Shown piece by piece: positions 14,131-29,245 of a stretch of 64,000 bases of DNA; within the stretch, counting starts at the first letter, position 1; each line of letters begins with the position of its first letter. The notes under the pieces were generated by a model. It was not told where the DNA came from and ran no database searches. It saw nothing but the letters and a program-made list of their open reading frames with translations. A program made the translations under genes and the position numbers. The stretch is from the human T2T-CHM13v2.0 reference genome, Homo sapiens: NCBI RefSeq assembly GCF_009914755.1, contig NC_060936.1, one strand, 5' to 3'.

Positions 14131-14559
14131 TCAAGTAAGAGTGACTTCGCCCATTACATGAAATTTCTTGCTATCCTCATTCCCCTTGACTGTTGAGATT
14201 ATTATCATACATTGAAAAAATGTATGATTTTACTCACCCTCCCTCATTGAGGACTTATCTGTCCTTCCCAGCAAAAGTAAGGTGATATTCTATGGATCTG
14301 TGTTACAGCAATTATCACCTTATTGCTCAACCACTTACTTTTCTGGTTTCCTGATAGTTCTTCAATGATGTGGAGGAGAAGCCTTTGTGTCATCCGTTTA
14401 TTACTGCTGTCTACCCTAATGTTTGCTACAGGATTGTGCCCGTGTATATTTGTTACTTGAATTGATAAAGTAATTGTTAATTATTTAGACTATTAACTTT
14501 ATGCCACGACTTGTTGTGAGATTAAGCAAACTTGCTCTAGTCATTCTTTATTTGGTTGT

Positions 14560-16100
14560 TTTTTAAATATATAAATTTGCCTGAATGCATTCTAATTGTA
14601 AAGGACTAAAACAAAACAAGAGATACAATATGAAATCTTCTTTTACTCCCTTCATTCCCTGCCATTTTATCCTGCTCACAGGTAAAATATTTGGCATGTA
14701 TTTATCTAGCCATTTTTTCTTTACACTTTCTTACTGTTTAGTGTTTTTTTTTTTTTTATGAACAGAAAGTCTATTCTCTGACTCATTTATAAAAATAAAT
14801 CTGGGGATCTTTTTATTGTTTCTAATTTTTCACTATTAGAATCAAGATTGCAATGAGTGTCCATGAGGAGTCTTTTGTTGTGTATGTGTATTTTTTTAAG
14901 ATTTACTTTTGTAAGTTGAATTTGGGGTATGACTTTTTAAATAAATATTAGAAATTATATTCTGAAGCCTTTTCCAATTTAACCCTCCATCAACCATGTG
15001 TGAGCGGGCCCAATTTCCTCAAATCCTGCATTATAATGAATGGTATATATTTTTTAAACTTTTGACAGTCTAGTGGCAAAAGTGATTTTATAAAAGTTAT
15101 TCATTACTGGTTAAAAAGAAGTTGTGCATCCTTTCATATACATTTGCTGTTTGTATGTTTTCTTCTGTGAATTATCACCAAATTAAAAACAAAAGATTAA
15201 AAACCTAATAGAAAATGAGCAAAGGTATTTCCTACTATTCTTTCCTATATATTTTGCATGTTTTTGGATATTAATCCTTTTTTGTAGCATACACTTTACA
15301 GTAGTTTTCACTCAACACTATGCTAATTATTTTTAAGCTTTGTGGTGGTTATCATTCAGAGGTTTTTAATATATATGTCAAGGCATTCCTTTTATAGCTT
15401 TCTGGTTCTGTCTCACATAGGGCTTCCCTGTCTGAAGATTTTGAAATATTCTATTTTTCTTAAGAGATTGTTTTTGTTTTACATCTGTCTCTTCAACCCT
15501 TCCTTCTCTGATCAATTTTTATGTTTAGAATGAAGTAAAGGTCTAATTTTCTTTAACTTTAATAAGTGCCAATTATTTCAATCCTACTTATTTAAAGGTT
15601 TTAATTTTTGTGGATTTGAAATGATATCTTTATCCTAATGCAAATGCCCATATTTTAGAGATTTTTTTTATTTTGCCTAACTGCTCTCTTTGTTCTTTTT
15701 TGCACCATCATATTGTTTTAATAGGTTTAGATTTATTGTATGTTGCAGTTGCCCAAATTTTATCTTGTTCTTATTCAGAATCTTACATATTTCCATTCAA
15801 TATAAATTTTAGAGTCATTTTGACAAACTCTACTAAAAAATCACACTACAGTTATGACTAGATATGCATTAGATTTATAAATCAATTTGTACAGTATTAA
15901 CATCTTTTCAAATTTGAGTTTTCCAGCGATAATGTTATTTGTCTTCATTTATTCAGGTCCCAAAGTTAAGCCCTATGGTTTTATGTACACGGGTTCTGGT
16001 AATATTGTGTTATTTCCTCATTTTTGAAAAGGTATATGCTGCTTTACAGTCTGGCACTGTTTTCACACTTATATATTATAAATTTCAATGCTTGCAGTTA
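14560..16100 (-). mobile_element. Ancient L1M (ME-like) remnants
   Basis: T-rich with degraded L1 antisense motifs (TTTTCTTCTGTGAATT, GATATTAATCCTTT, GCATTAGATTTATAAATCAATTTG); bounds approximate. Confidence 0.55.
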
Positions 16101-16194
16101 GGTAATCAATTAATTGCCTTGCAAGTTCTATTGTATTATGGCTTGCACTTTAAAATTAGTAACTAAAATGCCTAGATATTTGTGTTGTTGGGTG

Positions 16195-16557
<363 letters not shown>

Positions 16558-17581
16558 TAAAAGTGAACAAGATGCATTTCTTATTTTCAGTGAACTCACA
16601 ATCTAGCAGGGAAGATGCATGGTACGTAACTCACTATATTCAGTATATACATTCTATGAATAAAATGTTATGAAAGCATTAAGGAGTAAAGAATTAGTGT
16701 GGCCTAGGAAGATTATGGAAAACATCAAAATATCCTATAGGAAATACCATCGGGAGAGTGAAAGTTTACTATGGGAATACATTAAATGCTTAAAAGTAAG
16801 AGAATGAAAGCAAAAAAAAAAGTATAAACTAGAGAATAAACGTATGGCAGAACTATTACAGCAGCAATGCCTCATGGCACAATTTGGATAAAGCAGAGAT
16901 TTGAGATTTCTCTGGAGTGGAATTGGCAGCCAGATAAGGTGAAAATTCTTACTTAATTGTTGAAATTATTTATCAGTTATTATATGATAGAAACTAAATA
17001 TTTAAAAGATTTGCAATAGAAAATATAATCAACGGGTTGGGTATTTAAAGCTTTTAACATGCTCTGAGTACAATTTTTTAAAGTTATAAATGTGCATATC
17101 ACTGGGTTGTGAATTCACATGGCATTATTTGAAAATATCCAAAATACATGAAAATTATTTGGAAAATTGTGTATACCCAAAAGCATCACAGGGTTAAATC
17201 ATGATCATCATTATCATCATCATCATAAATATCATCATAGTCCTCCTTGCCCTGGGCAGTTACTATGTTAACTTTAAAAATTTAGTCACCAGTTTCCTGG
17301 AATATTCAATTTTGCAAAACACGTGCATATCTATTGTGTTTTTAATATCATAACATACTTTTTAAGCATGTGTAACATTTTTAAAATTCTGTTATAGACT
17401 ACTCTGTTAAAAAATCCAGTCGTTTACAAATTTTCCCATGATGAGGGCAAATTATTTTTAGTTCACAAACTTTGTTAAGAAATAAGACGTTACTTTTTTG
17501 TAAATTATTAGTGTTTTATTAAAAAGCATAAGGACCTGTGTCTAGAGATTATGTTTGTCCCTCTTAGAAGTGCTGTAGGCA

Positions 17582-17970
<389 letters not shown>

Positions 17971-19678
17971 TTACTTGTCTAACAGCTTATACATTTGAGA
18001 TATATTAGAAGCCTGGGAATTCAGCATAATAGCCACTGAAAATATAATGGCTAAAGAAGAAGAAAATTATGAGAACATTTCAAAAACTTACAGATTTTTT
18101 TTTTCATTTCTGAGCCTGGTTTCAGAAATGGAAACAGCATTGTTAAAATAACCTTAACAACATTTGCAAACTGTGGAAGTAATTTGCTCCTTTTGGGACA
18201 TTTTTCGGCATGGCTTTTGTTAGAAGTTTTTTTGTGTCTTCTGGATGGCTCTCTTGTACCTCGTTTAAGGTTTCTCTTGCAAAACATATGTTGATCATTT
18301 TTTCACTTATTGCAGTAAATAGTAGTATAATGTGCCTGAAAAGCAAGTGCACCCTGACCCTGGCTAGATGAGTAGCAGTTTTTCCTGCTTTGATAGCTGG
18401 TTGTTTAAATGTGTAATGTGCTAACGTTTCAAAAATGAAATTGAGAAGGAATTATAAACCTTTTGTGAGAAATACTTTGGCAGACTGGACTTTTTGTTTT
18501 GATTTCCTCACTCTATAATGGAGATAACAGGACTACATCACTTCAACTGAAAACTGCCATGAAAAACCTGATTAAGGATCCTAGATCCCTCTAATATCCT
18601 GCCTAATGCTTTATAACTGTTGATTTTATGAAGGATGCTTCGTTTCAAAATTATTTATTTAATCCCTATCTTTTTCTGTTTTTACAGTACTATACAAATC
18701 TCAGTATAAACATTTTTCTTTTAGTTGTGTTTTACAATGAAATTATGAGCATTATTAATAATAATAGAACATTGATTTGAATGTATTGTTTATTGCTGTC
18801 ATTGGACATGGAGAGAAGGATGACTCTTCAGCTGTTTGTATTAGATTCATTTGAGAGTGGCGTCCATGTATGGTTATAGCTCTTAGTTATCTTTTGTTAA
18901 ACCACCAGAATATGTGTGCAAAAGGATAAATATTAAATGATTATGAAGTCCTGAAAGTTATAAAATTATTTATTGCAAACTACGATTTATTGTTGACTAT
19001 ATGCTTCCACTCTTCTGCCATTGACCAAAAGTTATTAAAATTAGCTTGTTGTTATCCTCTCAGCCTTTCTAACCGGTATAAGTTGTTCCATGATATGAGC
19101 AGTGTCTCACAGTGAATCGTTCCAGGAGCTTCATGGCCATTCCCAAAAGATCACATTTCTCACATCTCTGAGGTTGGGGATTCTAATTATCTATTTGTCA
19201 TCATCAGTGAAGGCTCAGTCTTGAGACATGCAAAAAAAGTCACCTTGAAGCATTCCTGTTTTATACCTTTCTGCATGCAATTATTTAAAAATTCATATCC
19301 AAAACACCTCTAAATTAGTCAGTTTATGCAACACTTTGCCACAGATAAATGTTAAAAATAGTCTGAAAACATTTTCAGGACATTTAACTGTAACAAGCTG
19401 GGAATCTTTAGACTTATTTCTATTATAACTCAGTAAAAGCCTAGAGTATATTTCTGGATTTTCAAGCTACACTGTTTCTGCAGGAATATGCTGGTTTGCT
19501 CAAGGTTAGAGATTGAGTTAATACATTCCTTTGAGCTGTCTTTAGAAATCTGTTGAGGGTGGAGTCACAGATGTTGTCCTTGGGATGAGGATTTATGAGG
19601 AGCTACTATACCAGGTACTTATGAGAAGTACAAATCTCCTGAGGCATTAAGGGCAGGCTTGTGGCTCTAAAGGATGAC

Positions 19679-19682
<4 letters not shown>

Positions 19683-19710
<28 letters not shown>

Positions 19711-19833
19711 GAGACGGAGTCTCGCTGTCGCCCAGGCTGGAGTGCAGTGGCGCAATCTCGGCTCACTGCAGGCTCCGCCCCCTGGGGTTCACGCCATTCT
19801 CCTGCCTCAGCCTCCGGAGTAGCTGGGACTACA
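19683..19833 (-). mobile_element. 5'-truncated young AluY (AluYe5-like), right monomer only
   Basis: T28 tail; sense strand reads GAACCCCAGGGGGCGGAGCCTGCAG..GATTGCGCC..GGCGACAGCGAGAC; perfect TSD AAGGATGACAAACTTT at 19670-19685 and 19833-19848. Confidence 0.92.
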
Positions 19834-20026
19834 AGGATGACAAACTTTCTTAGAGACTTTTAGATTGTGCTGCATTAAATCAAAAGCAAATTTGTAACCT
19901 TCCAGTACCAAATTTGTGTTTCATCTCTATAGTAGAAAATGTTTTAATATTAATGCCTACTGTCTGAGAGTGCTGAGTAGAAAGTAAAAGCAAAGTATTT
20001 TGACATTATTCTGTAGGTTTGGTCCA

Positions 20027-20645
20027 TTTTATTTTTTTTCAATTGACATAATATTTTATGTATTTATCATATACAACATGAAGTTTTGAAGTATATGTAT
20101 GTTGTGAAATGGTTCAGTATTGCTAATTCTTGTGTGCATGATCTTACATTATTTTTGTGATGAGAACACAACATTCACTCTCTTAGCATTTTTCAAGAAT
20201 ACAATATATTGTCATTAACTATAGTCATCAAGCTGTACAATGGATCTCTTGAAATTATTCCTTTAATATAACTATAATTTTGAATCCTTTGGCCAATATC
20301 TTCCCAGATCTTTTTCCTCCAACAACCCTAGCCTCTGGCAACCACTGTTCTAGTCTCTATTTCTATGAGATCATCTTTTTTAGATTCCACATATAAGTGA
20401 GATTATGTGGTATTTTCCCTTCTGTGCCTGGCTTATTTCACTTAACATAATGTCCTCCAGGTTCATCCATGTTGTCACAAATGAGAGGATTTCCTTTTTT
20501 ATGGGTAAATAGTGTTCCATTTTGTGTATATACCACATTTTCTTTATCAGTTCATCCATTGATAGAAACTTAGGTTAATTCCATATTTGGCTATTGTGAA
20601 TAACTTTGCTGCAATAAATATGAAAGTGCAGATATCTCTTTGACA
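20027..20645 (-). mobile_element. L1MA-type 3' end (about L1MA8-10)
   Basis: TTAGATTCCACATATAAGTGAGATTATG..CTGTGCCTGGCTTATTTCACTTAACATAATGTCCTCCAGGTTCATCCATGTTG, characteristic of the L1MA/MB 3' region. Confidence 0.85.
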
Positions 20646-23182
20646 GAAACAGTACTCTAAAAATATCATATTGTCCCTATATTCTCCTAATAAGCATATA
20701 GCCAAAGTAGAGCCTTTGTGTTGGGAAAATCTTATCTTTTTGTCACTATTTTTATCATCTTCTGAGGGAAGCTCTGCCTCTGCCTGGTGCCTGCCATTTA
20801 ACTGACTACTATTATCTGCACATGCCTGAACATGACCAGTGTATACCATGGCTGTTGGCAACCATTTGCTTGAAATTGCTTAGCTAGTATGGGACTATAG
20901 CCTCTACAAGTCATTTTATGTCTGTTTCTTCATATCATTTTTAATTTTATTAAAATTTATATGTTGATCATTTCTGTATTCTAGAAATTCATTTCGTCTT
21001 TTCTCTTTCTTCTTTGTCTTACATTTTAAACACTAATCTAAGTCTGTATAATTTGATTTCCTTTCCCGATTGGTAAGATCATTGGCTATCAGGTTACATA
21101 GAGTTGGAATTCTTGCTCTATGAAATAACTGACAATAAATAAATGTTATTTTTGTTCGGTCCCTTTCCTACATTCACAACACGTACTTATGGTCACTCCA
21201 CAGTAAATAGACATCATTGTTATTTCCTCTATACTACCTTACAATCCACCATATTCATTGATCTTCTGAACCGACCCCTTTCCTAGGCTGCGCCAAACCA
21301 TCTGTAAACACACATCCTAATGCCTACTCTAAGAGGAAGTAGAATATGACTAAAGCATACCTGGTTTTGCTTCTACTAAAGAGGACAGAAACTACTTGCT
21401 TTTTGATTTGTTGTAAGAAGTCTGACAGGGACTCAGCCAAAATGGGACATTCTATTCTACCAGAAAAGAAAATGAGAGTTTTGAGGTAGACAAAGACTAC
21501 TGAAAAATTAAACTGAATCCTTCTGGCATTTGTCCTGTCAATGTAAAAGCCTCATTTTTATAAAGATCTCTATCTACTCTGTTTCTCAAACAACTCAAAA
21601 TAAAAATCCTCTTATTCTTATTATGATTAGTTAAACTCTAAAGAAATTTTTAAAATGAGGAATATATGAATACAGGTACTAATACAGGCTTTATGTTTGG
21701 GTAATTACTTATTGCTTTAAGTTGTCTCATTACGATCTTTTCCCACCTCAGAACAAAGAGTCAGAGGAGCCTTCTGATAATCATCTTTCTTACTAAACAT
21801 GCTGATTAGCCAATGATAAAGTAAAGAGCTGCTCATATTTTTTATCCCAGAACTCATGAAATCTATTTTTGGCTTCAACTGTAGGCAAGGTAGCAATGCT
21901 ATCATGATAAGAATAAGATAATAGAAAATAAGCATTTTACATTATTTTACACTAGTCATAAATATAAAAGATTCCATTTTTAACTATGAAAAGGTGATAA
22001 TTTGGGGAAGAAGATAAAGGAAATCTAGTTCTAAGATTTTGTGCAATGAAGTGAGTGGTTAATTTGAAGTAACATACACTTTGTTTATGTGGGAAATCGT
22101 AAAGCCTTAGGAGGAGATTTGAAATACATGATGTTCTCTCTTAATTGCATGCAATTTGAGCTATTCCTTGTGGAATGCTTCTAATATCCTTATGTGGAGT
22201 GGAGTATCATTGAAGAGGCCTTCACTATTTTGGATGTAAGAAAACATCAGATTAGGAAAATCTGACTTGTTGCAACTATGTCAACGCTTGCTTAATGTTA
22301 AAGATGTGAGTACAGGCCAACACAGAAGCTAAGAAGTAGTTCTGGGCCCTGTGAACTCAGATCACATTTGAATCACAGATTAGATTCTTCCTTCCTAAAC
22401 TAGGAATGGCCTGGAGTGCAGTTGATTCACGCCTCTAACGGGAGGTAGCAGAGGTTTCCTGTTGCTCAGCTGCTTCATCTAATTAGGGTGAGGATTAAAC
22501 AGAAATTCAGTATAAACTCTCCAGGACACCAGGTGGTCATGCTAACCAAAATGAAAAAAAAAAAAAAAGAGTTTGCAATAAGGAAGAAAATATTGTTAGT
22601 CTAGAAGTCTGTGTTTGACAAATTCAAGTAAGGCTAATAGGCCCTGAAGAGAATAATGATTGAATATCAGAATTTTATGTGGATGCTAACTTAAACACAC
22701 TCTAAATTAGAGGGCAGTTATTGGGAATGCTGTCAAAAATGCCAAAATAAAAAAGAACTATAGATGAAAATTAGTTGGTGTTGCATTCCCAGTGTGCAAA
22801 TATAAAAAAGTTAATTGTGTAAGCTGAGGGCAGATCATGAATTTTATCCATGACATGTTGAGGGAAATATTACTTATCCTTTTTCAACTGATAGTGAAAC
22901 TACAATTATTCACAGAAAAATAGTTACTGTGCAGAGCAATTAAGTCTCTGGCCTCCCAGTTTACTGTAGTTTTTAAATTTTCATCTTTGTAGAGTTTCCC
23001 AGTTTCCTATTTCCCTTTATTTTAAAATGTTTTTGAATTCTGTTGAATTTTAACATTGGTAGATTATCAGTTTTTTTAAGTATGGAGAGTTGAGAAATGC
23101 TTAGGAAAATTTTTGTTTCAACAGATGCAATATGTAGGTTATTTCAATAAATTAGGTATACAGCGTAGACATTAATGAATTT

Positions 23183-23245
23183 GTAGATAGATGATAGATT
23201 GGTAGTTACGTAGATAGATTAGATAGATAGATGATAGGCAGATGA
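23183..23245. repeat. Degenerate (GATA)n tetranucleotide repeat
   Basis: tagatagatgatagatt..tagatagattagatagatagatgatagg. Confidence 0.8.
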
Positions 23246-24024
23246 ATTATCTGAAAGTAAGTAGATCTAAAAGTAGATGGATAACAAAGATAGAGCCATA
23301 ACACTTCATGCTATGGTGAAATCACTATATTTAGCCTCAGAAAGACATCTTTTTTATGGTGTCATATTAAAAAAATTATACAGAATTTTAAAATTAAAGG
23401 ATTGCAGCTCATATGTAGTTAAAATGAATTCAAGTGATTTTCTTGGTGGAATAAAGATATTACTGAGAGATAAGTATTTTATACACATGAATTATATACT
23501 AAATAGCTATCACATGTAACATAAGTTACAAGTGTTTGATGCAGAAATTTTAAAATATTCACCTACTTCAAAGATATGGTAAACTAAATGTAAGGCAGAA
23601 ATATGTTCTTAATTTGTTGGTCTGTTTTTTAAATTTTAAAATTTTAAAAACACATAAAAGCTTATAGGAAAATCTTTCAATATTTAGTTACCAGGTTTGT
23701 ATGTGCTATCATCATTCGATACCTATTTCTCATTGCAAACAAGTCAGTTTCTGAAGTGTATATCCACAATATTAAATGAACTATATGTTCCCCTTATCCT
23801 GTACTGGTAAGCGATCAGCAAGCATCTTTCACGGACAAAATAAAGATCGTAAGAAGCATGAGAAGCACTTCACAATGCTTATAGTGCATTGACCTTTCTT
23901 ATTTTAATTTTTGATGCTTGTTAGTAAGAATAATTAACAAATGGCAAATTCTGTAATACAAAGTTAGTCAGTATTATCTTTCTGTTATTTAATAGCTTTG
24001 TACATTTGGAAAAGAGTTATTTTA

Positions 24025-24450
24025 AATATGGTGGTCAGGGAAGCCCTCATTTTCCAGTTGATACTTGAGAAGTAGTTTGAAAGAAGTAAATAAGGGAACC
24101 ATCTGAGTAGAGCATTCCAGAGGAACAGCAAGTGCAAAGGCCCTGAGGGAGCATGTGCTTGGCATGTTTAAGAAAAAGAGATAGGTAGATGTGGCTCTAA
24201 TGGAGTAAGTAAGGAGCATTGCAGGCTGAATGTGTTTAGGCAGGAAAAGGACATTGATCATGTAATAAACTATTGTGAGAATTTGCAGTTTTTTTCAGAG
24301 TAAAAGGTAAAGCATATGGGAGGGTTTTGAGCAGAAGAGTGACATGACCAGGCCTGTGTTTTTAAAGGATCACTGACTCTGTCTGCTCTGTTAAGAATAT
24401 ACTATGAGGGAATGAGTGTGGAAGCAGGGAGCCTAGTTAGAAAGGTCATG
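24025..24450 (-). mobile_element. L2 fragment
   Basis: GTGGTCAGGGAAG..AGCATTCCAGAGGAACAGCAAGTGCAAAGGCCCTGAGG..GGTTTTGAGCAG..GTGACATGA. Confidence 0.75.
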
Positions 24451-24505
24451 AGGACAAACTCCATAAAGACTGTTGTTGAAGATGATACTATGGCTATTTA
24501 CCTGG

Positions 24506-24867
24506 TGTATTAGTCCATTCTCATGCTGCTATGAAGAAATGCCTGAGACTGGGTAACTTATAAAGGAAAGAGATTTAATTGACTCAAAGTTCTGCATGGC
24601 TGGGATGACCTCAGGAAACTTACAATCATGGTGGAAAGGGAAGCAAACATGTCCTTCTTCACAAGGTGGTAGGAAAAGGAAGTGGAAAGCAAAGAGGGAA
24701 AAACCCCTTTTAAAACCATCAGATCTCCTGAGAACTCACTATCACAAGAACAACATGAGGGTAACCACCCTCATTATTCAATTACCTCGCACTAGGTTTC
24801 TCCCACACGTGGGGATCATGCGAACTACAAGGTGAGATTCGGGTGGGGACACAGCAAAACGATATCA
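24506..24867 (-). mobile_element. THE1 (C/D-like) MaLR solo LTR
   Basis: TGTATTAGTCCATTCTCATGCTGCT...GGGGACACAGCAAAACGATATCA; perfect 5-bp TSD CCTGG (24501-24505, 24868-24872). Confidence 0.92.
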
Positions 24868-25098
24868 CCTGGTAAGGATCAAGAGATGCCCAGAGCACCC
24901 TGGTAGCCTCTGGAGTGACAGAGGTTCACATATCATAGTTGAGATGCATGCAGATGTTTTCCTTTAAACATCAGTCATTATGTTGGGTGAATAATATATT
25001 TTCTTATGATCGATCTGATTTGTATTTCTCTGATGACCAATGATGTTGAGACTCTTTTCATATGCTCATTTGCTTTTCTTTTTTTCTTTCTATTGCAC

Positions 25099-25237
25099 TT
25101 TTATTTTTTTCTTACACTTTAAGTTCTGGGATACATGTGCAGAACATGCAGGTTTGTTACATAGGTATACATGTGCCATGGTGGTTTGCTGCACCCATCA
25201 ACCCATCATCTAGGTTTTAAGCCCCACATGCATTAGG
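25099..25237 (-). mobile_element. Very short L1PA (about PA8-PA10) 3' fragment
   Basis: AAGTTCTGGGATACATGTGCAGAAC..TCATCTAGGTTTTAAGCCCCACATGCATTAGG. Confidence 0.85.
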
Positions 25238-25249
25238 GGTTTCTATTTG

Positions 25250-28200
25250 ATAGAATTTACCATACATATTTGATAAAATTTACCATCAGATGGGTGTGAT
25301 GCCATGTGAGCCTGAAATTCTCTGTATGGGAAGGTCCTTAATTGTGAATTTAATTTTGCTCATTGGTATAGAGCTGTTCAAATTTTGTTTCTTCTTGAGT
25401 CTATTTTGGTAATTTGTCCATTTCATCTAGGTCATTACAGTCATTGGGATAGACTTATATATAATATTCTCTTATTATTCTTATAATGTCTTATGAGTTT
25501 TGTGAAAATGATTTCTCTCTTATTACAGACATTGATGTTTTGTTTTCTCTCTTTTTTGTGATTCTTTTAATTAGAGTTAATTTGTTGATATTCTCAAAGA
25601 ATCGGTTTCTGGTCTTGTTAATTTTTAAATTATTCTATTTTCTATTTCATTTATTTCTACTCTTTATTGTTTACTTCTGTCTGCTTAAAATTTAATCTGC
25701 TTTACTGTTTCTAGTTTTTTAAATGGAGTCTTAGATTGCTGATTGAGATATTTTTTCTTTTCAACATATGCATTTAAAGCCATAAAATTTCCTCAAAGCA
25801 CAGTTTTATTAGCATCCCATAAAATTTTATATATGGTATCATTCAGTTTAAAATATTTTCTAATTTCCTATGTGATTTCTTCTTGAGAAAAATGATTACT
25901 CAAGTATATTACTTTATTTTTTTTGTTTTTATTGATATTTTATTATTTGTTATTTTTAAAACAATTCCATTGTGGTTAGAGAACATACTCTATATGATTT
26001 CAAACTTTATATTTTCAGTCTTGTTTTATGGCCCAGATATTACTCTATCCAGGTAAACATACCATATGTACATAAGAAGAATGTGTATTCTGCTGTTGTT
26101 CAGAGCATTTAAATCAAGATGAATAGTAGTGCTATTCAGAATTACGTATTTGTTGATATTTTGACTAGTATTATAAACTGATGAGAGAATGGTCTTATAA
26201 TTTTTAGTCATTTGGAAACTATCTAGTTCTCATTTTGATTCAGTCAATTTTTGCTTTATATATTTTTGTTAATGGGGTCACATACACATTTCTGTTTATC
26301 TCTGATTAATTGATGTTTTTATCATTATGAAGTATCTTCCTTGTACCTGGTGATACATTTTATTGTGAAATTTATTTTATCTGCTATTAATATGGTCACT
26401 CCAGCCTTCTTAATCTTATTTTTTGCATGCTATTACTTTTAATATATTTGCTGGAAATATCTCTGTATCTTTACACTCAAAATGCATGTTTATACAGCTT
26501 ATAATTTAAAAAATTTTTATTCTCACAATCTCTGCCTTTTCATGAGAATGTTTAGTCTTTTAGTATTTAATGTAATTATTGATTCAGTTGGATTTAGGTC
26601 TGTCATTTTGTTGTTATTGTTTTCTTCTTGTCTGTTATTGTTCCCTCTATCTTTTTATTATCTAGATAATTTCAGAATTACTTTTTGTTTTTTCCATTTG
26701 TATTAGTCTGTTCTCACACTGAGACTGGGTAATATAAAGAAAAAGGGGTTTAATCAACTCACAGTTTCACATGGCTAGGGAAGCCTCACGATCATTGCAG
26801 AAGGCAAAGGAGGAGCAAAGGCATGTCTTACGTGGTAATAGGCAGGAGACTGTGCAGGGAAGCTGCTCTTTTTAAAACCATTAAATCTTATGAGACTTAT
26901 TCACTATAATGAGAACAGCATGGAAAAACCCACCCCCATGATTCAATTACTTCCCACTGGGTCCCTCCAACAACATGAGGATTATGGAAGCTACAATTCA
27001 AGATGAGATTTGGGTGTGGACACAACCAATCCATATCACTGTTGGATTTTGAGCTATGTTTCTTTGCATAATTTTTCTGCATTACTCTACATACTATAAT
27101 AAGCATCTTTAACTTTTCATTTATTTTATGGTTAACAATTTACCCCACCAAATAAAATATAGAAATCCTCCAACTACATAAGTCCATATGCTATTTGCTT
27201 CCTGCCTTTGTATTAAAATATACATATAATGTATGCATATATATACTTTAAAAAACCCAAAAGAAAATGTTATAATTTTAAAAACATTTATATGCTTATG
27301 AAGAAATTAAGAAAAAAAGATGAAAAATAATTTTGTACATACCCTAATATTTGCCAGTTTTTGAATTATTCATCAATTTCTAAGGATATGGGTTTTTTTT
27401 TTTTTTTGCTATTATTTCCTGAAGTGCAATTCTGCTGACAAAAATTCTCTAAGAGTTTTCTTTTATATGAAGATTTCTTCATTTTGTTTTTGGTCTTGAA
27501 GAATTTTTTTTATTATTATTATAGAACTATGGATTGATGGTGTCTTTCACCCACCACTTTAAACATTTTTTTTCAATGTCTTCTGGCCTCGATAGTTTCT
27601 GATGAGAAATCAGCCATTAATTTCCCATTATTTCTGTATGCAATTGTATATTTTTTTCCTCCTGTATTCAAAGTGTGATTTTTATCTTTGACTTTTGACA
27701 GTTTAACTATGATATATGCATGCAAGCACTTGCTGCTTATTCTGTATGGTATTTGTTTAGCATTTTGTATTTGCAAATTTTTTTCATTAAATTTGAAAAA
27801 AAAAGCTTGGCTTTTAATTGGTCAAATATTTTTTTCTTTCCCATTTGCTCTTTATGTATTTATATTATTCCAGTTATACTTAATGTGAGCCATTTGGCAT
27901 TATCTACCTTCTCCCTGGTATTCTTTGCCAAGAATAATTTGTATAGATCTCTTTCCGAATTTACCTTTTCTTCTCTTCATTTCCCCCATGTTCAACCAGC
28001 TGTTAAGTTTATCCAGTGAAACTGTATTTTTTAGCTCTTGAATTTCCATTTGGTTATTTTTATATGTTTCTATATTTCTTCTGAAATTTTATATTTCTTA
28101 CCTGAGTTTTACATACCATGAGTACATGCTTTGTATTAGTTCTTTGAGGACAGTTATAAAGCCATTTAAAAGTACTCGCATTAGTTCCAACATCTGGTTT

Positions 28201-28400
28201 ATTTCAGTAACAAGGTTAATTGATTTTTTTAATGTATGTTCTATTATTTTGATTCCTCATAAGTTAGTTATTTTTGGATTATGTACTTGGTAGTTTGCAC
28301 ATTAAGTTGTGGTGATTTTTTTTTTCTCTCTCTCTCTCTATTTTTGTTGTTTCCTTTATTTTTCCAAGTAATTTTCTTGGTTGGGTTTGAAATGCAGTTT
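25250..28400 (-). mobile_element. Ancient L1M body (ORF2/ORF1 remnants), interrupted by a THE1 LTR
   Basis: T-rich + strand with L1 antisense motifs (TTCCATTGTGGTTAGAGAACATACT, AAGAATGTGTATTCTGCTGTTG, GTTTCTGATGAGAAATCAGC); ORF 27573-27776 resembles ORF1p (ADFSSETIEARR). Bounds approximate. Confidence 0.75.
26699..27038 (-). mobile_element. THE1 (B-like) MaLR solo LTR nested in the old L1
   Basis: TGTATTAGTCTGTTCTCAC...GGACACAACCAATCCATATCA; small internal deletion near one end; flanks CCATT / CTGTT. Confidence 0.88.
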
Positions 28401-28450
28401 TTCTGTAGAGGCAGCTCTAGTATTAGTTAAGGCCTTTTGCCTGTAGGTGA

Positions 28451-28771
<321 letters not shown>

Positions 28772-29245
28772 TGGTGAAATTTTTAAAATCCCTTTCATAT
28801 GTGAGTGCTACAGTGATCAGCCAGAAAAGTGAGTAGAGTTGAGGAATATGCTTGCTGTCTCTTTCATTTTTGGGATCTCCTACTCACTTCAGTGTTTATG
28901 GTTTCCAAGTTCATTTTTGGTTGCCAGTCCAGAAAGGCTGTGTTTCCACATGTTTTTTGCTGTCACTATGCCACTATACATGCTGTAGAAATTGCACTTA
29001 GCCCCAGTCTAAAAGGGAAACCTCACCCCTATTTTATAGATAAAGTGTCTAAGGTTCAGAAAGGGTAAACTTGTTTGCACAACTTTCAATCTATTATTAA
29101 ATGTAAGAGTTGGAATTCATCAAAACCAATCTAAGTGACTCCAAAGATCATGTTCTTTTATTGTCACCCTTATGGCAGTTTTTTCAGAGAAATAAATTCA
29201 GTGATACATTTATGCTCATTGGGACAATAATGAATATTATACAGG

